Source of the DNA: an uncultured Gemmatimonadaceae bacterium
GTDB lineage: Bacteria > Gemmatimonadota > Gemmatimonadetes > Gemmatimonadales > Gemmatimonadaceae
Reading direction: 5' to 3'
Length of the DNA: 64,000 nucleotides
Assembly: GCA_963817955.1 (NCBI GenBank)
Contig: CAWFQK010000009.1
Span: 155,973-219,972, forward strand
The notes beneath the pieces were generated by a model. It searched no databases. It was not told the origin of the DNA and saw nothing but the letters and a program-made list of their open reading frames with translations. Positions 40,487 to 49,249 of the stretch are shown here, in pieces (position 1 is the first letter of the stretch; the number at the start of each line of letters is the position of its first letter). The position numbers were made by a program, and so were the translations under genes.

Positions 40487-40504
40487 TTGTGAATTGATTC
40501 GCAA
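40487..40504. promoter_or_regulatory. Putative Rex operator upstream of the act operon
   Basis: TTGTGAA-ttga-TTCGCAA versus Rex consensus TTGTGAA-N4-TTCACAA (1 mismatch), 33 nt before actA ATG. Confidence 0.7.
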
Positions 40505-40537
40505 GTGTCGGCTAACTCGACATATCACATCATCGCG

Positions 40538-41233
40538 ATGACTAAGCGACGGAAGTGGACCGCAATTCCAGGGCTCCTCGCCTTGGCCGCCGGTGCTGTA
40601 ATGCTTTCCGCGTACAGCGGCGCCTCCTCCTTCCAACACAGTTCGCCGGTGCAACCCATCAAGTTTCCGCACCCAACTCACGTGCAGAAGCTTGGCATGA
40701 ATTGCCTCTATTGCCACAACGCGGCGTACAAGTCGATGGACCCCGGGTTTCCGGCTGTCTCGACGTGCATGGGGTGCCACAACCTCATTGGCCCGGATCG
40801 TCCTGCGTCCGATATCGGCCCCAAGCGGCACAGCGTCGAACTGGGAAAACTGTACAAGTTTGCGAATTCAGCGGGCGTGGGAGCCGGTATGGGATCGAAC
40901 GCCAAACCCATTCCGTGGATTCGGATCGAGAAGTTGCCGGAGTACGTCCACTTCCCCCACATGCGCCACATCAATGCCGGCGTCACCTGCCAGACCTGCC
41001 ATGGACAAGTGCAGAAAATGGATCAGGTCTATCAGTACGCCACCTTGAACATGGGGTGGTGCGTCAGCTGTCATGTGAATGGCTACAGCCAGAGCGAGGG
41101 GCTTGTCGCCGCTGGGTACGCGGCGCAGCAGGCTACGCCCGCGATGACCGCCGCCAGCGGCCCGTCGGCAACGTCGCCAGCGAGCGGCGACCGCAAGACG
41201 GCACGCTATGACTGCGCCAACTGCCACTACTAA
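40538..41233 (+). CDS. actA: Alternative complex III pentaheme cytochrome c
   Basis: 5 CxxCH (CLYCH, CMGCH, CQTCH, CVSCH, CANCH); QPIKFPH, LPEYVHFPH, MGWC. Confidence 0.9.
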   Translation: MTKRRKWTAIPGLLALAAGAVMLSAYSGASSFQHSSPVQPIKFPHPTHVQKLGMNCLYCHNAAYKSMDPGFPAVSTCMGCHNLIGPDRPASDIGPKRHSVELGKLYKFANSAGVGAGMGSNAKPIPWIRIEKLPEYVHFPHMRHINAGVTCQTCHGQVQKMDQVYQYATLNMGWCVSCHVNGYSQSEGLVAAGYAAQQATPAMTAASGPSATSPASGDRKTARYDCANCHY

Positions 41234-41235
41234 AG

Positions 41236-44200
41236 ATGAGCCAAGACAGCACGCCAACTGGCGTCAAACGCCGCGAATTCCTCAAGATCCTCGGCGCATC
41301 AGGTGCGGCACTCAGCGCGGCGGGATGCTCCCCAGCCTCGGGCAAGCTGATTCCGTACCTCGTGTCGCCCGACGAGACGGTTCCGGGCGTTTCGACGTAT
41401 TACGCGACGATCTGTCGCGAGTGCGCCACAGGCTGTGGCATCATCGCCGAAACACGCGACGGTCGCGCGATCAAACTCGAAGGCAATCCGGATCATCCGT
41501 TGAATCACGGAGCCCTCTGCGCGCGTGGTCAGGCCGCGTTGCAGGGCCTCTACAATCCCGATCGTCTGCGCGTCCCACTGGTCAAGGAAGGCGGCGGGTG
41601 GACGGCCATCACGTGGGACGACGCGATCAAACGTCTGAGCCAGGGCATTGCCGCACAGCGCGGCAAGCCGTCGGTCTTCCTCAACGAGCACGAGAGCGGC
41701 AGCTTCCCGCGATTCCTCGATGCCTGGCTCGCCGACTTCGGTTTTGCGCCGCATCTCAGCGTGGACTCCGAGGCCGATGCGGCCGCGGTCGAGGCGAATC
41801 GTCGCACATATGGCGTGTCGTGGCCGACACTCAGCTTCCGGGACGCGAAGCTCATCGTGTCATTCGGCGCCGATTTCCTCGAGACCTGGGGAGCGAGCGT
41901 TCCGCAGCAGCTCGATTTCGCCGATGCCCGGGCGAAGCTCGACGGCGCGCCGCGCTTCGTGTATGTCGGACCGCGGCGTTCACTCACCGGATTGAATGCC
42001 GATGAATGGATCGCCTGCAAGCCGGGTAGTGAGCTGGCGATCGCCAACGCACTCGCCGGCAAGGGCACCATTCAGCAAGCCGTGGCAGAGAGTGGCGCCG
42101 ACGCGGTCGCGCTGCAGCGGTTGGCGAGCGACCTCGCCGCGGCAAAGCCGGCGCTCGTCGTCAGTGGTGTCAGCGGTGACAATGCGCTCGATGTGGCGCT
42201 TGCGGTCGCGGCGATCAATCAAGCGTCGGGCGCGGTAGGTGTGACGATCAAACCTGCGATGCCAATCACCTCCTTCGATGGGATGGTGCACACCGATCAG
42301 CTGCTCTCTGCTGTCGAGCGGATGGCCGCTGGACAGGTTTCGATCGCGTTCATTCGTGGCGTGAACGTCGCGCACGCGCTCCCCAAGGCCGTCAACTTCG
42401 CCGCGGCGTTTGCCAAGGTACCGTTCAAGGTCAGCTTCAGCGGCCAGCCCGACGAGACGTCGGAGTTGTGTGATCTGATCATCCCGGACCTCCACGCGTT
42501 GGAGTCCTGGGGCGACGCCGAGCCCGTTCGAGGCACGATCTCGCTGCAGCAGCCGGCGATGGATCCCGTGTATCCCACGAGCAGCAAGACCTTGCCGCCG
42601 GCGCTCGGCACGGCCGATGCGCTCATTCAGGTGGCGAGAACGGACCCAGCCAACGCGTCAAAGTACCCGCAGGCGGATTATCGGAGCTGGCTCGTCGCCA
42701 GATTCCCTGGCGGCGCGCAGGCCCTTGGCGAGGCGCTGCCGAAGGGCATTGTCGCGGGCACGTTGCCGGTGCGTGCGGCGCCTGCTGTGCCACCAATCAC
42801 TCAGCGTCCATCGCCGATCGCCCAGGCGCCAGGCGAATTATTTCTCGTGACCTACCGGTCTCCGTTGCTCGGTGACGGCCGAGGCGCGAACAAGCCGTGG
42901 CTGCAGGAGCTCCCGGATCCCGTCACGAAAATCTGCTGGAGCTCGTGGGTGGAAATTCATCCGGAGACGGCCGAGCGGCTTGGCGTTGAGCGCGGCGATA
43001 TCCTCGTGGTGAAGACAGCGAACGGCACGGTGCGCGCGCCGGCATTCCCGTATCTCGGCATCCATAAGGACGCGATCGCGATCCCGCTGGGGCAGGGACA
43101 TCGTGCTACGAACGTCATTGGCGCGTTCAATCCGAAGGAGCACGATGTCGCCGACGTGCAGTGGGGTTACGGTCGGTACGCGCGTGACCTCGGCGTGAAC
43201 GCGCTCGATTTGATCCCGGTTGGTACGAATGGCGCCGGGGGGCTGGTACTCACGGCGACAAAGGCGTCGGTGACGAAGACGGGTGACAACGAGATACTAC
43301 CGAGTACGGAGGGGTCCGCACGCCAGCACGGGCGCGGAATCGCGCAGGCGATCGACACGGCTGATCTCAATAAGGCACCGCGTGAAAAGGAGGTTCCCCC
43401 TGGCGACGCGAGCCATGCCTTCCTTCCCGGACTACGGTCACCTGTGGCCGCTGATGCGCAGGGTGATCTCGGTGCGCCGACGGCCGCCAACCAGGGAAAG
43501 AACAAGGGACTCTACGATCCGAACGACGTGCGGGGAATGGCCAAGCGCCGCTGGGCCATGACGATCGACTTGGCGCGTTGCACCGGTTGCTCCGCCTGCG
43601 TCACGGCATGTTATGCCGAGAATAACATCCCGACGGTCGGCGCCTATTGGCAGAACGCAACTTTTTGGGCGGACCAGAAGCCCGGGCTCAACATCGCGCG
43701 TGGTCGTGAGATGAACTGGATTCGTCTCGAGCGATACTTCGAGGGCAACCCGGACGGCAAGTTCGGCCAGGACTTCGAAACGCGATTCGTTCCCATGCTC
43801 TGTCAGCATTGCGGCAATGCGCCGTGCGAGTCGGTCTGCCCTGTGTATGCCACGTATCACGCGCCGGATGGCCTGAACGTTCAGGTGTACAACCGTTGTG
43901 TCGGCACACGGTATTGCTCGAACAACTGTCCGTACAAGGTTCGCTACTTCAACTGGTTTGGGTACGGCGAGTCGGATCGCAAGCAGTACGCGTTCCCGGA
44001 GCCGTTGAACTGGCAGCTCAACCCAGACGTCACGGTCCGCGGAAAGGGAGTGATGGAGAAGTGCAGCTTCTGCGTGCAGCGCATTCGAGAAACGGAGAAC
44101 CGCGCGGCGCTGGAGCATCGCGACGTAGAGGCGGATGAATTTACGACGGCGTGCGCGCAAGCGTGTCCGTCACGCGCGATCACGTTCGGTGATGCCGCCG

Positions 44201-44343
44201 ATCCGAAGTGGACTGTGGCGCAGATCGCCAATGACCGACGTGCCTACCATGTGTTCGAAGAGCTCAACACCTATACCGCGGTGGTCTACTTGAAGAAGGT
44301 CAACCATCCGGCGACCGGCGTCACCGCGCCGGCGGCGAAATAG
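41236..44343 (+). CDS. actB: Alternative complex III molybdopterin-oxidoreductase-like/Fe-S subunit
   Basis: Tat motif KRREFLK + AAGC; KLEGNPDHP; WLQELPDPVTK; C-terminal ferredoxin motifs CTGCSAC, CQHC..PC, CVGTRYC, CSFC. Confidence 0.92.
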   Translation: MSQDSTPTGVKRREFLKILGASGAALSAAGCSPASGKLIPYLVSPDETVPGVSTYYATICRECATGCGIIAETRDGRAIKLEGNPDHPLNHGALCARGQAALQGLYNPDRLRVPLVKEGGGWTAITWDDAIKRLSQGIAAQRGKPSVFLNEHESGSFPRFLDAWLADFGFAPHLSVDSEADAAAVEANRRTYGVSWPTLSFRDAKLIVSFGADFLETWGASVPQQLDFADARAKLDGAPRFVYVGPRRSLTGLNADEWIACKPGSELAIANALAGKGTIQQAVAESGADAVALQRLASDLAAAKPALVVSGVSGDNALDVALAVAAINQASGAVGVTIKPAMPITSFDGMVHTDQLLSAVERMAAGQVSIAFIRGVNVAHALPKAVNFAAAFAKVPFKVSFSGQPDETSELCDLIIPDLHALESWGDAEPVRGTISLQQPAMDPVYPTSSKTLPPALGTADALIQVARTDPANASKYPQADYRSWLVARFPGGAQALGEALPKGIVAGTLPVRAAPAVPPITQRPSPIAQAPGELFLVTYRSPLLGDGRGANKPWLQELPDPVTKICWSSWVEIHPETAERLGVERGDILVVKTANGTVRAPAFPYLGIHKDAIAIPLGQGHRATNVIGAFNPKEHDVADVQWGYGRYARDLGVNALDLIPVGTNGAGGLVLTATKASVTKTGDNEILPSTEGSARQHGRGIAQAIDTADLNKAPREKEVPPGDASHAFLPGLRSPVAADAQGDLGAPTAANQGKNKGLYDPNDVRGMAKRRWAMTIDLARCTGCSACVTACYAENNIPTVGAYWQNATFWADQKPGLNIARGREMNWIRLERYFEGNPDGKFGQDFETRFVPMLCQHCGNAPCESVCPVYATYHAPDGLNVQVYNRCVGTRYCSNNCPYKVRYFNWFGYGESDRKQYAFPEPLNWQLNPDVTVRGKGVMEKCSFCVQRIRETENRAALEHRDVEADEFTTACAQACPSRAITFGDAADPKWTVAQIANDRRAYHVFEELNTYTAVVYLKKVNHPATGVTAPAAK

Positions 44344-44353
44344 GAGGCGCGGC

Positions 44354-45799
44354 ATGGCAACGACTGCGACTCCCTATCCAGACGGGCAACGTCCGAATGT
44401 TCCATCCGCCGCCGTGCGGTTCCCGGCGGTGCGTAGTTACGAGCAGGTCGACAGCGAGATTGCCGCGACCCTCGGCCCCAGCCTGGGCTGGTTTGGCGCG
44501 CTCGGCATCGCGGTGCTGTGCATGCTCATCGGCGCCACCGCATGGACCTATCAGATCTATGAGGGCCTCGGCGCCGCGGGGTATCAGCCGCCCGTGATGT
44601 GGGCCGTCTACATCGTCACCTTCGTGTTTTGGGTGGGCATTGGCCATGCTGGAACACTGATCTCAGCGATTCTCTATCTGTTTCGCGCCGGATTCCGAAC
44701 CAGCATCTATCGCCTGGCGGAAGCCATGACGGTGTTTGCCGTCATGACGGCGGGATTGTTTCCAATCCTGCACCTGGGGCGGCCGTGGAAGTTCTTCTAC
44801 CTCATTCCATATCCGAACTGGCGGCTCGTCTGGCCAAACCCCAAGAGCCCGCTGGTGTGGGACGTGTTCGCGATCCTCACGTACCTCACGATCTCGAGCA
44901 CATTTCTCTACGTCGGATTGATTCCCGATATCGCGATCTTGCGGGATCGCGAGAAGAATCCATTTCGGAAGGCGATTCTCTCACAACTCGCGCTCGGCTG
45001 GCGGAACTCGGACCGCGAATGGCGGCATTTCACGCGTGCGTACCTGTTTCTCGCTGCGTTCGCGACCCCGCTGGTGCTCTCGGTGCATTCGGTCGTGTCC
45101 TTCGACTTTGCCATGGGGCTGCCGCCCGGCTGGCACACGACGATCTTCCCGCCGTACTTCGTCGCCGGCGCCATCTTCTCCGGTATCGGGATGGTGTTCA
45201 CCATCGCCATTCCGCTTCGGAAGGCGTTCAAGCTCCAGCACTACATCACGCTCAACGACCTGGACGCGGCAGCGAAGCTCTGCCTGTTCACCTCGTGCGT
45301 CGTCGGTCTCGCGTACCTCACCGAGTTCCAGGTCGCGTGGATGAGCGGCAACCGGTTCGAGCAGGATTACTTCTGGAATCGCGTGTTCGGACAGTGGGCC
45401 TGGGCCGCGTGGATCATGCTGATCTGCAACTGTGTCCTGCCGTTGTCGCTTTTTTCGCAGAAGTTGCGGCGCAATACCACGTGGCTGTTCTGTCTCTCGT
45501 TGTGCATCAACCTCGGTATGTGGTTCGAACGATTCGTCATCGTCATTCCGTCGCTGTCGCACGAGTTCGAGCCTTGGCAGTGGGGTACGTACCGTCCGAC
45601 GTTCGTGGATTACAGCATTCTGCTCGGTAGCTTCGGCTGGTTCTTCATGTGGTTTCTGCTGTTCATCAAGCAGCTCCCCGTGATGGCAATGTCGGAGATC
45701 AAGGAAGTGCTGATTCCGCGCATGAAGCATGCGCGCGACCTGTCTCATGATCTCGCGGAAGGGATCGTTCACCCCGACGAGACTGGAGCGGCCCACTGA
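44354..45799 (+). CDS. actC: Alternative complex III NrfD-type quinol-binding subunit
   Basis: FVFWVGIGHAGTLISA, HLGRPW, SVHSVVSFDF, GMWFERF. Confidence 0.93.
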   Translation: MATTATPYPDGQRPNVPSAAVRFPAVRSYEQVDSEIAATLGPSLGWFGALGIAVLCMLIGATAWTYQIYEGLGAAGYQPPVMWAVYIVTFVFWVGIGHAGTLISAILYLFRAGFRTSIYRLAEAMTVFAVMTAGLFPILHLGRPWKFFYLIPYPNWRLVWPNPKSPLVWDVFAILTYLTISSTFLYVGLIPDIAILRDREKNPFRKAILSQLALGWRNSDREWRHFTRAYLFLAAFATPLVLSVHSVVSFDFAMGLPPGWHTTIFPPYFVAGAIFSGIGMVFTIAIPLRKAFKLQHYITLNDLDAAAKLCLFTSCVVGLAYLTEFQVAWMSGNRFEQDYFWNRVFGQWAWAAWIMLICNCVLPLSLFSQKLRRNTTWLFCLSLCINLGMWFERFVIVIPSLSHEFEPWQWGTYRPTFVDYSILLGSFGWFFMWFLLFIKQLPVMAMSEIKEVLIPRMKHARDLSHDLAEGIVHPDETGAAH

Positions 45800-46299
45800 T
45801 GCAAGGCGTCCTTGGAGCATTCCATGAGATCGACGCGGCGGTCGACGCCATCGAAGATCTCAAGAAGAAGAAGATCGGCGACATCACGGTCTATACGCCG
45901 ACGCCGCGGCACGAACTCGAGCATGCGATGGGACACGGCCCGAGCAAGGTCCGCGTGTTCACGCTGATCTTCGGGTTGATGGGTGTCACGTTCGGCTACT
46001 GGATTGCCATCTGGATTTCTGATTACTGGCCGCTCGTCGTGGGTGGCAAGGCCATTGCGAGCTGGGTGCCGTACACGATCATCGGCTTCGAAGTCATGGT
46101 GCTCATTGGCGGACTCGCGACCGTGTTCGCGATGTTCGGCTTGGCTGGGCTCCCACGACTGACCACGACCGTGGGCTATGATTCGCGCTTTAGCGGCGGT
46201 CACTTCGGTGTGTGGGTCGAGGCCGATCCAGACCGCATCGACGAAGCGATGACCATCCTCGAGCAGCACGGAGCCGAGGAGGTTCGTCGTGAGCGCTGA
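45799..46299 (+). CDS. actD: Alternative complex III subunit D
   Basis: YTPTP, WPLVVGGK, FEVMVL; 2 TM; operon position. Confidence 0.88.
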   Translation: MQGVLGAFHEIDAAVDAIEDLKKKKIGDITVYTPTPRHELEHAMGHGPSKVRVFTLIFGLMGVTFGYWIAIWISDYWPLVVGGKAIASWVPYTIIGFEVMVLIGGLATVFAMFGLAGLPRLTTTVGYDSRFSGGHFGVWVEADPDRIDEAMTILEQHGAEEVRRER

Positions 46300-47035
46300 G
46301 CCATCCGGGACATCGGGCCTGGGACACGCGATAGACGCCAGCCGCTGGCTCATGGCGCTTCCCGTCGTGTTGCTCGCCGGCTGTTCGTGGTTCACGGATT
46401 TCAAGCGCCAGCCGAAGATCGATCCATGGGAAACAACGAACGACACGATTCCGTTCCGGGGCAATCCGCAAAGCTCCGTTCCGATCTATGGAAGTGTGGC
46501 GCCGGGTTTCGAGTACAGCCGGACGCCGATGCCGCAAAGCATCGCCGCAATGGCGAACATTCCGAATCCGGTCGCGGCCGATTCCGCATCGGTCAATCGT
46601 GGTCGCGTGCAGTTCCAGATCAACTGCTCCGTTTGTCACGGGCCGCTGGGCATGGGCAATGGGCCCGCGACGAAGTACGGCATGGCTGGCATCCCGATCG
46701 GCGCCGGAACCAACGCCGCGACCAACCTCACCGATGGCTACATCTTCGGCATGATCCGGAACGGTCGTGGTCTCATGCCGACGTACAACCGGATCGAAGA
46801 GCCGGACCGCTGGGACATCGTGAACTATCTGAGATCGATTCAGGGGAAAGGCACCGTTCCCGCCGATACGACCCACGGTCGTCCCGGTGAGACCGGTGCG
46901 TTAGTGCCCGGTGCGTCGCAAACGGGACCGACGCGTCCGCCGCCATTCTTCCGTCCCGGCGCGATCGTCAGGGCGCCCGACACCACCCGCAAAACACCGC
47001 CTGACACGACCAAGAGGCCGGAGAATCAGCCGTGA
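46289..47035 (+). CDS. actE: Alternative complex III monoheme cytochrome c lipoprotein
   Basis: LLAGC lipobox, CSVCHG, GRGLMP, DRWDIVNY. Confidence 0.88.
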   Translation: MSAEPSGTSGLGHAIDASRWLMALPVVLLAGCSWFTDFKRQPKIDPWETTNDTIPFRGNPQSSVPIYGSVAPGFEYSRTPMPQSIAAMANIPNPVAADSASVNRGRVQFQINCSVCHGPLGMGNGPATKYGMAGIPIGAGTNAATNLTDGYIFGMIRNGRGLMPTYNRIEEPDRWDIVNYLRSIQGKGTVPADTTHGRPGETGALVPGASQTGPTRPPPFFRPGAIVRAPDTTRKTPPDTTKRPENQP

Positions 47036-48360
47036 GCCTTCAGGCCATTCGTGTTCCGTCGCGGAGCGAAGTGCTCGCGGCGTCGAGCCGAGAGATACCG
47101 AGAACCTTGAAGACTACACTGCTGGCGGTGTTTGCCCTCGGTGCGCTGATCTTCATTGTCGGCCTGTTCGTGGCGCCGGACCGCGCCTGGCGCGCGTTCC
47201 ACGCCAACTGGCTGTTCTTCGCCTCGCTGTCGAGCGCCGGCATGACCGTTGTAGCGGTGCAGCGCATCACCACGGCGCGCTGGTCGCGCAGCGTGATCCG
47301 CTTCATGGAAGGCTATGTCGCGTTTCTTCCCGTCGCGTTCATCTTTCTGCTGCTGACACTCACCGTCGGACGCAACTACGTCTTCCCCTGGACGCATGAG
47401 GCGTATCCCTCGGCGGAGAAGGCGACGTACTACAATGGCACGTTCCTGACGATCCGTGACCTCGGCATCTTCGCGCTGTTCACGGTGTTGGGCATCTGGT
47501 ACGTCTACACGTCAGTGCGACTCGACGTCGGCGGCTCACACGAATCCGGCGCGCGCTGGGCAGCGAATATCCGCGCGCGCATGCGTGCTGGCTTCCGGGA
47601 CGAGCGCCGCGAGATCCATTCGACCCATTCGCTGCAGGGCAAGCTGGCCGTGCTGCAAGTGGTGTGCTTCGCCCTCGGCTGGTCCGTCCTGTCGTGGGAT
47701 CTGTCGATGGGACTCTCGCTGCACTTCCAGAGCACACTATACAGCTGGTGGTTCTTCATGGGCGGCTGGCTGTGCGCGCTCATGCTGTTCTCGGTTCTCG
47801 TGTACGCTTGGCATGCATTCCTCCGTACGGCGGACGGGCTGATCACCGAGACCCAGTTCCACGACATCGGCAAGCTGTGCTTCGCGTTCACTGCGTTCTG
47901 GGGCTATCTCACCTTCGGTCAGTACCTGGTGATCTGGTATGGCAATGTTGGGGACGAGACTTTTTTCATGCGACTGCGCCTGATCGCTCCATGGAAATGG
48001 GTGACTGTGGCCTCGCTTCTCCTCGTGTTCGTCGTGCCGTTCTTTGGCCTGCTATCCCGACAAGTCAAGCTGGTGCGCTGGACGATGACGCTACTCGCAC
48101 TGTCGAGCCTCGTCGGTATGTGGCTGATGCGGTACATCGAGGTGTATCCGTCCGAGTACGGCGTGGCGGCATCGCTGCCGTTCGGGGTTTGGGAGATCGG
48201 CGCGCTGCTGCTCTATGCCGGAGCGTGGGGCTGGACGTATGTGACGTTCATGGGCGGTGTCCCGCGCATGCGCGTGACGCTCATGTCCTCGCCCTATCGC
48301 GATGAGGTGCAGGTGCCGGTGGATCCGGACACGATGGAACCGCTGCCGGCGCACGAGTAG
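47032..48360 (+). CDS. actF: Alternative complex III subunit F
   Basis: Multi-TM; HDIGKLCFAF..FWGYLTFGQYLVIWYGN. Confidence 0.9.
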   Translation: MSLQAIRVPSRSEVLAASSREIPRTLKTTLLAVFALGALIFIVGLFVAPDRAWRAFHANWLFFASLSSAGMTVVAVQRITTARWSRSVIRFMEGYVAFLPVAFIFLLLTLTVGRNYVFPWTHEAYPSAEKATYYNGTFLTIRDLGIFALFTVLGIWYVYTSVRLDVGGSHESGARWAANIRARMRAGFRDERREIHSTHSLQGKLAVLQVVCFALGWSVLSWDLSMGLSLHFQSTLYSWWFFMGGWLCALMLFSVLVYAWHAFLRTADGLITETQFHDIGKLCFAFTAFWGYLTFGQYLVIWYGNVGDETFFMRLRLIAPWKWVTVASLLLVFVVPFFGLLSRQVKLVRWTMTLLALSSLVGMWLMRYIEVYPSEYGVAASLPFGVWEIGALLLYAGAWGWTYVTFMGGVPRMRVTLMSSPYRDEVQVPVDPDTMEPLPAHE

Positions 48361-48384
48361 GGCGAGTCGCGAGTCGCCAGGAAA

Positions 48385-48420
48385 CGGAGTAAGGGCGGGC
48401 CATGGCCCGCCCTTACTCCG
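48385..48420. terminator. Perfect 36-bp palindrome between convergent actF and trxC
   Basis: CGGAGTAAGGGCGGGCCA|TGGCCCGCCCTTACTCCG. Confidence 0.6.
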
Positions 48421-48424
48421 CCAG

Positions 48425-48883
48425 CTACGAGGTCGCTTTGGCGAGCAGGTTCTCGAGCATCGCCTTCGGTCCCGCCCCCGTTTGGCGCGCTACTTCCTTC
48501 CCGCCCATGAACACGATCGTTGTGGGAATGCCGCGGATGTTGAATCCGCCGGCAGTCGTCTGAGCGCGGTCGGTGTCGAGCTTGGCGATGAGTGCAGTAC
48601 CCTGATGCTCGCGCGCCAGCTCGTCAACGAACGGCGCCATCATCTTGCAGGGGCCGCACCAGTCGGCATAGAAGTCGACCAGCACCGGCACGTCGCTCTC
48701 GGCGATGGTGCGCGCAAAAGTCTCGTCATTCAGGCGCAAGGGTCGGTCGAGCAGCATTGGTTTGCCACACTTGCCGCATTTGGGGCGGTCTACGGCGCGC
48801 GACGCGTCGATGCGGTTCCAGGTCTCGCAGAACTGACAGCGAATAGTGAGGTGCCGGGCGGTTCCGGCGTCCGTGATGCCCAC
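48425..48883 (-). CDS. trxC: Thioredoxin 2 (Zn-finger + WCGPC)
   Basis: CQFC...CGKC then WCGPC; GGAGG 5 nt before GTG at 48883. Confidence 0.85.
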   Translation of the reverse strand: MGITDAGTARHLTIRCQFCETWNRIDASRAVDRPKCGKCGKPMLLDRPLRLNDETFARTIAESDVPVLVDFYADWCGPCKMMAPFVDELAREHQGTALIAKLDTDRAQTTAGGFNIRGIPTTIVFMGGKEVARQTGAGPKAMLENLLAKATS

Positions 48884-48994
48884 GATGTCCTCCGATTGCA
48901 ATGTTCGTGGCCCGGTAGAGTTCACAACCCGTTCCACTAAGCGTATGTCACGAATAGATTTCACGCTTCACTGGATTCCACAATCAGGGATTCG

Positions 48995-49067
48995 GGGGCG
49001 TTAGCTCAGCTGGGAGAGCGCCTGGTTTGCAACCAGGAGGTCATCGGTTCGATCCCGATACGCTCCA
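48995..49067 (+). tRNA. tRNA-Ala(TGC)
   Basis: GGGGCGT/ACGCTCC acceptor stem with G3:U70; TAGCTCAGCTGG D-arm; CCTGG-tttgcaa-CCAGG anticodon arm; GGTTCGATCC T-arm; no encoded CCA. Confidence 0.96.
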
Positions 49068-49074
49068 TTATATA

Positions 49075-49115
49075 AGACGAGGCCGCGTCGCAAGTTAGCG
49101 ACGTCGGCCTCGTCT
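49075..49115 (+). terminator. Hairpin downstream of tRNA-Ala
   Basis: AGACGAGGCCGCGTCGC...GCGACGTCGGCCTCGTCT. Confidence 0.5.
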
Positions 49116-49168
49116 CGCGCAATGGCCAGGGCGTGTGGGGTGGCCATGACAGAATCAGTTTCAAGCGT

Positions 49169-49214
49169 AAAAAGAAGAGGGATGCGCAGACAGTGTCCGC
49201 GCATCCCTCTTCTT
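49169..49214 (-). terminator. Intrinsic terminator of the mtrAB transcript
   Basis: AAGAAGAGGGATGCGC...GCGCATCCCTCTTCTT with A-tract on the left (U-tract on minus strand). Confidence 0.75.
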
Positions 49215-49249
49215 CTTACGTCCGAAATCTTACGCCATCATTGGAGAAA

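Noticed and set aside
41236..44343. Catalytic molybdoenzyme (DMSO, nitrate or polysulfide reductase) partnering the DmsE-like cytochrome
   Set aside because: Fused Fe-S domain and actA-F context identify it as ActB, which is not known to bind a Mo cofactor.
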